From Mediterraneibacter gnavus (lineage in GTDB: Bacteria; Pseudomonadota; Alphaproteobacteria; RF32; CAG-239): a stretch of 56,579 nt of DNA. The notes beneath the pieces were generated by a model, which searched no databases, was not told where the DNA came from, and saw nothing but the letters and a program-made list of their open reading frames with translations. This document shows, one piece after another, positions 44,898-52,189 of the stretch (its first letter is position 1; each line of letters starts with the position of its first letter). The position numbers and the translations under genes are program-made. The stretch covers positions 1 through 56,579 of the forward strand of contig CAVEOB010000004.1 in the NCBI GenBank assembly GCA_963617265.1. Direction: 5' to 3'.

Positions 44898-46532
44898 TTA
44901 GTCATACCAATCGTAATAATAAGTATTTCCATCATCGTTAGGCTTTGCTTGACCGTTCCAACTTGGTTTTTGGATACTAAAATTATACATAGTACAATTA
45001 CAAGCTCCTGGTCCACCACATGCACCTGAATATTCTTTCCAGCATGAACCTACACCACTGCTACTTCCACTAGAAATAGTCGCAGAACCTTGGAATTGAT
45101 AACTTCCATTATCTTCATAACCCTCACCCAAGTGGTCATCAATCCTCCAACAATCTACATCTCCTTCGTAAAAAACAGTGATATCCTCTTTTACTGGTTG
45201 ATCAGATATTAACTTCAGACAATGACCAGTTGTGCCATCAACAATTCCATCGACATACTCCCAATCAATCGATATATGGACTTCTTTATTAGTTGAAGAC
45301 GGAGATTCACTGCCGCATTGCTCGCCGCCTTTTAACGGAATTTGCAAAGTAGCTTCACTGTTGACAACGGTATAGCCGGCTGCCTTAGCTTTTTCAATCA
45401 TGCAGCTTTTACGCTCAGCGTCGTCCGCCGCATCTTTTGCACATTCGGTATCAGCGACAAAATATTCCGCATTCGGCATAAAGAAGTCTTCACCTGTGCT
45501 TTCATCTTTCAGCAGGTGGATAGCAACATCTGCATCGCTTACAAAAACACTATCCTCCTTGTCAAAATCGAAATCATGATATTTTAATTCATAGGTTTCA
45601 ACCCCTGCTACATTGCAAGCGTCATTGTCATATTTTCCGGTGTCGGCATTCTTGCGTCCGCAGTCATCACCGGCTTTTGTGCAGGTATACGGATTAGTGC
45701 TATCAACTAAGTTTTCGGACAGACCCCACAAAAGTTCTTTTCCAATACTTTCAAAATTATTCCACAATGTTTTAGGAATAACTGTTCCACTGATATTGTT
45801 GTTAACGTTGCTGCCAGTACCGTTACCATAGAACATATATTTTATCTTACCTGTAACATCGCTTGGACAAGTCCCGCCGTTGCAGGTATATTTAAATTTA
45901 AAGGTTATAGTGGTAGGTTCGCTATTCGTTTCACAGATTCCGCACTTGTTGCTGTATCCGTCAACTTTATCGCCAAGCACAAACGTTTCACCGGTTTTAC
46001 AGTTTGCAGCTGTTTGCAAACCGCCCATTTGCGAGCAGGCTAATTTTTCACAAGTACCGCATACGCCATCACTACCGGTTTCGCCATTGTCTTTGAATCC
46101 TAAATATTCTTTGCCGCAGCCAGTTGTTTTTGATATATATCCCTTATCTTTGCAGGTTGGATCAGCCACCAACTTATAGCAATTGCCGCAAACCAAACAT
46201 TTAGAATTAACTTGAGCGTTTTTGGCTGCAGTTTTGCATTCACTTATACTGCCATAGATGCCGTTGCTATGGTTTAGATCTGTGTCGCATTTAATATACC
46301 AGCATAATTTGTTGTCGTTTTGATAGGCTTTTTCACAAGTTTTATCTTTTATTTTAGCTTCTGCTGCTTCTTGGGAGTTATATTGGCAACAGGTTGTGCA
46401 AACAGGAGGCTCAGAAGGTTTGCCCATTCCGCAATCTTTTGAGTCCGGTAAAAAACACACCCTTGCAAAAACCGGAGTCGCAGCCATGCATAAAACCCCG
46501 ATAAAACACAATTTATTCAATAATTTAAACAT
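44898..46532 (-). CDS. Large Cys-rich secreted protein of unknown function
   Basis: 544 aa with signal peptide MFKLLNKLCFIGVLCMAATPVFA. Many Cys residues occur in short spacings (CTTCCQ, CLVCGNC, CGTCEKLAC, CGICE, CGGPGACNC). Strong SD GGGAGGA. Confidence 0.7.
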   Translation of the reverse strand: MFKLLNKLCFIGVLCMAATPVFARVCFLPDSKDCGMGKPSEPPVCTTCCQYNSQEAAEAKIKDKTCEKAYQNDNKLCWYIKCDTDLNHSNGIYGSISECKTAAKNAQVNSKCLVCGNCYKLVADPTCKDKGYISKTTGCGKEYLGFKDNGETGSDGVCGTCEKLACSQMGGLQTAANCKTGETFVLGDKVDGYSNKCGICETNSEPTTITFKFKYTCNGGTCPSDVTGKIKYMFYGNGTGSNVNNNISGTVIPKTLWNNFESIGKELLWGLSENLVDSTNPYTCTKAGDDCGRKNADTGKYDNDACNVAGVETYELKYHDFDFDKEDSVFVSDADVAIHLLKDESTGEDFFMPNAEYFVADTECAKDAADDAERKSCMIEKAKAAGYTVVNSEATLQIPLKGGEQCGSESPSSTNKEVHISIDWEYVDGIVDGTTGHCLKLISDQPVKEDITVFYEGDVDCWRIDDHLGEGYEDNGSYQFQGSATISSGSSSGVGSCWKEYSGACGGPGACNCTMYNFSIQKPSWNGQAKPNDDGNTYYYDWYD

Positions 46533-46550
46533 AATACGATCCTCCCTGCT

Positions 46551-46735
46551 GTGTAAAAAAAACGACCGTTATTTTTACACACTAAAAAGGCTATTTTTGT
46601 AATATTACGAAATATTTCAGAATTATGAAGAAAATTGAGCAATCTTAAATAGTTATTGCAAAAAAATCGTAAAATATTGTATACTAAAAGTATTAGAGGT
46701 AAAGTGTGTAAAAATAACGGTCGTTTTTTTTACAC
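46551..46735. promoter_or_regulatory. Candidate invertible promoter element (inverton): 32-bp perfect inverted repeats flanking 121 bp
   Basis: IR-L at 46551-46582 (gtgtaaaaaaaacgaccgttatttttacacac) is the exact reverse complement of IR-R at 46704-46735. Confidence 0.5.
46656..46685 (+). promoter_or_regulatory. Sigma-70-like promoter inside the IR-flanked segment, pointing away from the Cys-rich gene
   Basis: TTGCAA (46656-46661), 18-nt spacer, TATACT (46680-46685). It currently faces the 3' end of a convergent gene. Confidence 0.45.
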
Positions 46736-46759
46736 ACTTTTTTCACAAAAATGAAGCTA

Positions 46760-48325
46760 TTATTTAGATAGCGAATACACCGCTTTTAAGCCGTCTGCCG
46801 CAGCCGAGGTTATACCGCCGGCATAGCCGGCGCCCTCGCCGCAAGGATACAGCCCTTTGACATTGCTTTGCATGGTTTCATCACGCACTATCCTCACTGG
46901 CGAAGAACTGCGGGTTTCAACTCCGGTCAAAACCGCGTCATAGCAATCAAATCCGTGCAATTTTTTAGCCATTTCCACAATACCCAGCCGCAAAGAATCC
47001 GCTATTTCTTCCGGCAGAACCTGTTTAAATCCGCCTAAAGCCACCCCCGGAAGATAGGACGGACGCACCTCGCCTAACTTTTGTGAAACTTTGCGCCGCA
47101 AGAAATCTCCGACCAAAACCGCCGGCGCGCGATATGATTTGTCACCGGCAATAAAAGCGTTTTCCTCTAATTTACGCTGAAAATACATACCAGCCAGCGG
47201 ATTGCTGCTACCAAAATCTTTTTCGGAAACACCAACCAGCAAAGCCGAATTAGCATTCTCAGCCGCGCGGGCAAACTCGCTCATACCGTTTGTCACGACA
47301 CGTCCTTTTTCGGAAGCAGCCGCCACAACCACACCGCCCGGACACATGCAAAACGTATATACCGAGCGTCCGTTGGGCAAATGCACCGCCATTTTATAGT
47401 CAGCCGCGCCCAAATACGGGCTTTCCGCCGCTTTGCCGTACTGCGCTTTATTTATCAGGGTTTGTTTGTGTTCAATTCTAGCGCCGACTGAAAACGATTT
47501 TTGCTCCATGTGCACGCCTGAATTATACAGCATCTCAAAAGTATCGCGCGCGCTGTGACCGATAGCCAAAAACAGCTTGTTTGCTGGCAATTCATAAGTT
47601 TCTTTTTCGTTCGTAATTTTAATTGCAGCAAGTTTATCGTTTTTGATAACAAGTCCGGTTAACTGACTGTTAAAACGATATTCTCCGCCCAAAGACAGTA
47701 TTTTTTGCCGAATATTTTTAACAACCAAACGCAGTTTATCCGTACCAATATGCGGCTTTGCCAAATAAAGAATTTCTTGAGGAGCTCCGGCGGCGGCAAA
47801 TTCTTGCAAAACTTTAGCGGTGAACTTGTCTTTTTTGATGCCTGTCATCAGCTTGCCGTCCGAAAAAGTACCAGCACCGCCCTCTCCGAACTGCACGTTG
47901 GAATTGGCTTTAAGCTCGCCGCCCTGCCAAAACGCCGCCACATCTTTTTGACGCTGCTCCACTGGCGCGCCGCGCTCCAAAATAATCGGGTTCAAACCGG
48001 CTTCAGCCAAAGCAAGACCAGCAAACATACCGGCTGGACCGCTGCCAACCACAATTGGACGCACGCCGTCAGCCTTGAGGTTAAACGTTAGTTTTTCCAC
48101 TTCCGGCAGCTGCTCAATATCTTTGTCACGCACTGTTGAAACCGCATTGCAATCCACGCTGTATACAAAATGCACATTGTTTTTGCTGCGCGCGTCAACC
48201 GATTTTTTGGATACGGCGAAATTTTGGAGTTCTGTTTCTTTAACCCCCAATTTTTGCGCGGCTTTTTGTTTGAGCTGCTGTTCGCTTGCGTTCAGCGGCA
48301 TAGAAATATTGTTAATGCGTAACAT
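46760..48325 (-). CDS. FAD-dependent oxidoreductase (COG2509-type NAD(FAD)-utilising dehydrogenase)
   Basis: 521 aa with dinucleotide-binding fingerprint VVGSGPAGMFAGLALAEAG and conserved C-terminal GEGAGYAGGI. Confidence 0.8.
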   Translation of the reverse strand: MLRINNISMPLNASEQQLKQKAAQKLGVKETELQNFAVSKKSVDARSKNNVHFVYSVDCNAVSTVRDKDIEQLPEVEKLTFNLKADGVRPIVVGSGPAGMFAGLALAEAGLNPIILERGAPVEQRQKDVAAFWQGGELKANSNVQFGEGGAGTFSDGKLMTGIKKDKFTAKVLQEFAAAGAPQEILYLAKPHIGTDKLRLVVKNIRQKILSLGGEYRFNSQLTGLVIKNDKLAAIKITNEKETYELPANKLFLAIGHSARDTFEMLYNSGVHMEQKSFSVGARIEHKQTLINKAQYGKAAESPYLGAADYKMAVHLPNGRSVYTFCMCPGGVVVAAASEKGRVVTNGMSEFARAAENANSALLVGVSEKDFGSSNPLAGMYFQRKLEENAFIAGDKSYRAPAVLVGDFLRRKVSQKLGEVRPSYLPGVALGGFKQVLPEEIADSLRLGIVEMAKKLHGFDCYDAVLTGVETRSSSPVRIVRDETMQSNVKGLYPCGEGAGYAGGITSAAADGLKAVYSLSK

Positions 48326-48377
48326 AATATACCCCTTTGTTATGGGGCTATATTACACAAAAAACGCAAATTTGCAA

Positions 48378-48689
48378 TTATTCTTTGTTGTCTTCGGCGC
48401 TGTCGTTACGCAAAATCTGCCACAGCGGACGGCGGTACATCCACAAGTTTATGACACCGAGTACCACCGACATAGAACCAAAAATATATAAGAGATAGTA
48501 CCAGTTCAGGTTATCCGCCGACATCATCACGTCTTGATTGGTTACCCGCAAAAAACCGATTGCCACAGCCGTTACCACAAATGCGGCAATAAATGCTAAA
48601 GTCCATATGCGGTGCACCACGTTTTTATTGACCATGGCGGCGGTGATGAAATAGATAAAAACAAGCGATATGAGCAAATATAATTCCAT
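48378..48689 (-). CDS. Small integral membrane protein
   Basis: 103 aa with three predicted hydrophobic helices. No family recognised. Confidence 0.45.
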   Translation of the reverse strand: MELYLLISLVFIYFITAAMVNKNVVHRIWTLAFIAAFVVTAVAIGFLRVTNQDVMMSADNLNWYYLLYIFGSMSVVLGVINLWMYRRPLWQILRNDSAEDNKE

Positions 48690-48772
48690 AGGTTTTCTCC
48701 TTGCTGTGGAGATAATCTAAATTAAAAAAATTTCAATAGTTGGGAATAATTTGCAAAAAATTAAAAAAGTTA

Positions 48773-48801
48773 TTGACTAGGTGCAAAACATACGTTAAAA
48801 A
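48773..48801 (+). promoter_or_regulatory. Sigma-70-like promoter for tRNA-Ser
   Basis: TTGACT (48773-48778), 17-nt spacer, TAAAAA (48796-48801), about 20 nt upstream of the tRNA 5' end. Confidence 0.5.
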
Positions 48802-48820
48802 TGTTTTCGTTATCACTGAT

Positions 48821-48909
48821 GGAGCGTTGGCAGAGTGGTAATGCAGCGGATTGCTAATCCGTCATCCCCTTAAAAGGATGCACAGGTTCGAGTCCTGTAC
48901 GCTCCGCCA
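48821..48909 (+). tRNA. tRNA-Ser (anticodon GCU), CCA encoded
   Basis: Hand-folded cloverleaf: acceptor GGAGCGU/ACGCUCC, 3-bp D stem, anticodon arm GCGGA-UUGCUAA-UCCGU, long variable arm CAUCC...GGAUG, T arm ACAGG-UUCGAGU-CCUGU, discriminator G and CCA. Confidence 0.93.
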
Positions 48910-48949
48910 ATAAAACCCCATAGGGTCTGTCCCTGTGGGGTTTTGTTGT
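48891..48949 (+). repeat. Direct repeat copy 1 (tRNA-Ser 3' end plus terminator)
   Basis: 59 bp, agtcctgtacgctccgccaataaaaccccatagggtctgtccctgtggggttttgttgt, repeated at 49118-49176 with one mismatch. Confidence 0.9.
48912..48944 (+). terminator. Intrinsic terminator after tRNA-Ser
   Basis: AAAACCCCAUAGGG-UCUGU-CCCUGUGGGGUUUU hairpin followed by a U run. Confidence 0.8.
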
Positions 48950-49117
48950 GTGGTAAAAGCGGTAGGACTCGAACCGTAAGGCGTGCTAAGGAAAAACTGT
49001 CCTAAATGACAGTTTTTCTCTGCAAACGCAGCGAAAACTTAATTGAGCAAGGGCTGCGGCAGCAACCGCGGCGAGATTTTGTTTGAGTTGCGATAGAGTT
49101 TTACATAAGTAAAACGC

Positions 49118-49176
49118 AGTCCTGTACGCTCTGCCAATAAAACCCCATAGGGTCTGTCCCTGTGGGGTTTTGTTGT
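49118..49176 (+). repeat. Direct repeat copy 2 (att-like duplicate of the tRNA-Ser 3' end plus terminator)
   Basis: 58/59 identical to 48891-48949 (C to T in the acceptor arm). The copies are separated by 168 bp. Confidence 0.9.
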
Positions 49177-49203
49177 ATAGAATTTTATTCATTATAAAGC
49201 GTG

Positions 49204-50223
49204 CTAAATTTTACCATATATTTTGCGGTATATTTTCAGCCAAAATGCTAAACGGGAAAAATCACCGCTCAAAAACATTTTACATAAGAATCGGTTAAAC
49301 AAGCTTAGTTCTGTCGGGAAAAACACCTTTTGCGCCGCTAAATCCAAGCAGATTTGCCGATATTTATGCCAATAGCTTTGATAATCAGCGTTTTTGAAAT
49401 ACGGATACGAACAGCATTGCCTAAAAATTATTCTCGAAAAATTTTTCTTCATCAGTTCATAACTTTTTATGTCTTCCATTGCCGCAAAATGCGTCATTAT
49501 TTTTTGAGCCAGCAAAATATGGTCGTTAATTTCTCGCTCCGAAAACTTTTGATGTGTCAAACTGCTTTCTGTCTGCCGGTAGAACATAAGCTTTTCTTTT
49601 ACGCATACTGATTTTTTTACTCGTTCAAACACTAAAAATGAGTAATAATAATCTTCAGCCATTTGTTTAAAATCCGCCGAAAAGTACAAGTCTTTTAAAA
49701 TTTCCCGCTTATACAATTTTCCCCAAACTGCTATTTGCAGCTTGGGCTTTTGTTTTTTAATATAGTGTAAAAATAAATTACTGCCGTCCTGCAGCGAACA
49801 GCTATTGCTTTTTATTATCAGGTTTTTACGCTTTTTCTCTTTTAAGCACCAAGCCATATCGCTATTTGTTTTTTCCAGCGCAGTTGTCATATATTCCATA
49901 AACTGGCAATGCAGCATATCGTCCGCATCTAAAAAAGCGATATAATCACCTTGGGCTTTTTGCAAAGCCGCGTTACGCACTGCCGAAACACCGGAATTTT
50001 TTTGATTTATAAGCACAAAACGACTGTCTTTTGCCGCATACTCCTGCAAAATTTGCCAAGAACTGTCTGCCGAGCCATCATTGACGCAGATAGCTTCCCA
50101 ATAAGGATATGTCTGCGCCTGCAAGCTGTCTAAACACAAGGCTAAATATTTTTCTGCATTATAAACGGGAACAATCACCGAAACCAGTTTGCCGGAGCTG
50201 TTTTCTTTGGATTTTATTTTCAT
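49204..50223 (-). CDS. Family 2 glycosyltransferase
   Basis: VSVIVPVYNAEKYLALCLDSLQAQTY and a DADD motif (DxD). The ATG at 50223 (MKIKSK) is preceded by GGAG, and the ATG at 50235 lies inside that SD. Confidence 0.85.
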   Translation of the reverse strand: MKIKSKENSSGKLVSVIVPVYNAEKYLALCLDSLQAQTYPYWEAICVNDGSADSSWQILQEYAAKDSRFVLINQKNSGVSAVRNAALQKAQGDYIAFLDADDMLHCQFMEYMTTALEKTNSDMAWCLKEKKRKNLIIKSNSCSLQDGSNLFLHYIKKQKPKLQIAVWGKLYKREILKDLYFSADFKQMAEDYYYSFLVFERVKKSVCVKEKLMFYRQTESSLTHQKFSEREINDHILLAQKIMTHFAAMEDIKSYELMKKNFSRIIFRQCCSYPYFKNADYQSYWHKYRQICLDLAAQKVFFPTELSLFNRFLCKMFLSGDFSRLAFWLKIYRKIYGKI

Positions 50224-50230
50224 CACTTTC

Positions 50231-50255
50231 TCCATTAGAGGGTTCTAAACCCCAC
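50231..50255. repeat. 25-bp direct repeat, RBS-proximal copy
   Basis: tccattagagggttctaaaccccac; 24/25 identical to 50411-50435. Overlaps the SD (GGAG) of the glycosyltransferase gene. Confidence 0.9.
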
Positions 50256-50283
50256 AAAAAAAGCCGCCTTGATGAGAGGCAGC
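50256..50283 (-). terminator. Intrinsic terminator inside leader B
   Basis: Minus strand: GCUGCCU-CUCAUCA-AGGCGGC followed by U7, about 30 nt upstream of the glycosyltransferase start. Confidence 0.7.
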
Positions 50284-50410
50284 AGGAAGTTAGAACCTAT
50301 AATGGAAATAGTGTAGTGTATTTGGCGTAAGAGCAAGCTCCTACGCCTTATTAACCACCTTCCTGCTCTGACGCAACAAGGTAGTTTTTCTCATCTGGAA
50401 AAACCAGCTA

Positions 50411-50435
50411 TCCATTAGAGGGTTCTAAACCTCAC
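50411..50435. repeat. 25-bp direct repeat, leader-5' copy
   Basis: tccattagagggttctaaacctcac. Forms the 5' strand of the outer helix of leader B. Confidence 0.9.
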
Positions 50436-50460
50436 ACCGGTAATCAGCCGATGCAATTTA

Positions 50461-50489
50461 AAGCTAGAAAATTTACTAAATAAAGTCAA
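50461..50489 (-). promoter_or_regulatory. Possible promoter of leader B
   Basis: Minus strand: TTGACT, 17-nt spacer, TAGCTT, about 15 nt upstream of the conserved GGUGUGAG block. Confidence 0.4.
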
Positions 50490-50548
50490 ATTATTTTTTT
50501 AGTTTTAAAATACAAAAAGCAGCAAAACCCCAAATATAAAATTAACTG

Positions 50549-51157
50549 CTAGCCGATAATCAATTCCATTTCGGTTTCGGAAGAGGTTAATTTCAAAGAA
50601 ACGTCCGCGCCTAATAGATTTTGCAAATAATAGAGCTGCGCATACTGCGAAGCGTTTTCATCAACCTTTTGACCGGCTAAAATCTTTTGGTATGCCGCAA
50701 TTTTTGAGGCTGAAAGCTTAAAGTCCGAAACCGCTTTGACAATCATATTGTCCGTACTGACGCTGATGGAAATTTCTCCGCCTTTAATATAAAGTTCGGC
50801 GGCAATCATCACACATACGCACACAATTTTAGAAAGCTCCTGTGAAACACGGTGCAATTTTAAGGTTATCGGGTTACCGCGGCTGCATACAGTTGCTAAA
50901 TAATCAGTACATAAACGCTCTAAGTCCGCAGGCTGCAGTTTTTGCGAATCCACACCAAACGCAACTCTGAAAAATTTTTGGCGGGCAATCAAAGTGTTTG
51001 AGCCGGTAGTCAGAATTTTTTTTGTACTGTCGTCCAACATTCCGTTGTCATCTTCTATCAATTCCAAGGCACTGGAAATTGCCCCGATATTGCCGATTAA
51101 ATCGTGGCTGATACGCGTGCAAATAAGTTCGGACAATTCCGTTTTGCTCAATTCCAT
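50549..51157 (-). CDS. chpT: ChpT-like histidine phosphotransferase
   Basis: 202 aa. LICTRISHDLIGNIGAISSALELIED matches the DHp-like His box of alphaproteobacterial ChpT, followed by a degenerate CA-like domain. Confidence 0.7.
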   Translation of the reverse strand: MELSKTELSELICTRISHDLIGNIGAISSALELIEDDNGMLDDSTKKILTTGSNTLIARQKFFRVAFGVDSQKLQPADLERLCTDYLATVCSRGNPITLKLHRVSQELSKIVCVCVMIAAELYIKGGEISISVSTDNMIVKAVSDFKLSASKIAAYQKILAGQKVDENASQYAQLYYLQNLLGADVSLKLTSSETEMELIIG

Positions 51158-51169
51158 TTTTATTGCTCC

Positions 51170-52066
51170 TTAAAATGTGTAAACATCTGTGTTCATAAAG
51201 CGCTGGTCTTCACGTGACATTCTAGTATAGTCAAGCTCCAGCAGCATTGGGTCATACAACATTAAACGCCCTGTCGCAGCCTGAAGAATCGGCTTATTGT
51301 CGCCAAGTCCCCATATTACCTGCTCTTTATTGTCCGGCTCGCCGTATTTTTGGTTAATTTTTTTCCAAAAATCATAAATTTTGATATTGCGCAAATAATC
51401 AGCCTTGGCGCCGCTGCCGCGAATGTTGGCGGCTTCGCTCATATAAACAATGCGGTAGGCTTTGTTGCCGGTAAAATTGCTGGTAAAAAACACCCGCACA
51501 TTTTCTTTGGTGCGAAAATTATTGAAAACCACTTGTTCAACATATTGATAATTATTTTTCTGCGCCAATTTTATAATGCAGGCTTCAGTTCGCTCATAGC
51601 CGACCACGCCTTGGTTGCGGCATTGCTCGTCATAGCGCCAGCGGATAAAGTTTGGAATTTCAAATTTTTCGGAGTTCTTTTGATACCCGCGCTTTTGCAT
51701 GGCTTCCATGGTTTGCTTGGTGTTCATTCGCAGCATTACGCCGGAAATGTCAAACACCGATGCGTTTGTTCGATATTGCGGCTCTTGATTATCCGTATTG
51801 GAAGAAATTACCTGCGCGCCTTTTTCGGCAACGGTCGTAACCAAATTGTTTATCCAAGTTTTGCTTTCTTCTGGATTGCCTTCTTTAGCTGTTTGTTCGG
51901 CATTTTCTTCTTTGACATATGAACGCAGCGAACTGTTTGCCGCATTTTTATCTCCGACTGATGCGGCATTCTCATCTGCCGCCAAAGTTTCGCCACCTAA
52001 AAAAGCAAAAGCCATAAAACACAGTGTAAAAAGTTTATCTTTGTTCAAAATCATTTTGCATTCCAA
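51170..52066 (-). CDS. Exported hypothetical protein
   Basis: Signal peptide (LFTLCFMAFAFLGGETLA). Lies 12 nt upstream of chpT on the same strand. No family recognised. Confidence 0.5.
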   Translation of the reverse strand: MECKMILNKDKLFTLCFMAFAFLGGETLAADENAASVGDKNAANSSLRSYVKEENAEQTAKEGNPEESKTWINNLVTTVAEKGAQVISSNTDNQEPQYRTNASVFDISGVMLRMNTKQTMEAMQKRGYQKNSEKFEIPNFIRWRYDEQCRNQGVVGYERTEACIIKLAQKNNYQYVEQVVFNNFRTKENVRVFFTSNFTGNKAYRIVYMSEAANIRGSGAKADYLRNIKIYDFWKKINQKYGEPDNKEQVIWGLGDNKPILQAATGRLMLYDPMLLELDYTRMSREDQRFMNTDVYTF

Positions 52067-52189
52067 CGGATATTACATTATTTGCAGTTTAACGCAGTTG
52101 TTTTTAAAAAAGGTTTAAAATGTAAATGTTTTATTGTTTACAAGCGGCAAATAAAAAGATACGTTAGCAAAAAAAACAAGGAGAAGAAA

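Larger units (their letters stand above)
50224..50440 (-). promoter_or_regulatory. Structured 5' leader, copy B (paralogue of 18403-18592), with terminator
   Basis: Same block order as copy A. Strong hairpin GGCGUAGGAG/CUCUUACGCC, 9-bp AGCAGGAAG/CUUCCUGCU helix and a terminator. See findings. Confidence 0.6.

Noticed and set aside
48951-48985. A possible second tRNA on the minus strand (GGTTCGAGTCC T-loop-like string).
   Set aside because: The flanking bases do not form a T stem (only 2 of 5 pairs) and there is no acceptor, D or anticodon arm. It is a degenerate inverted fragment of the tRNA-Ser 3' end.
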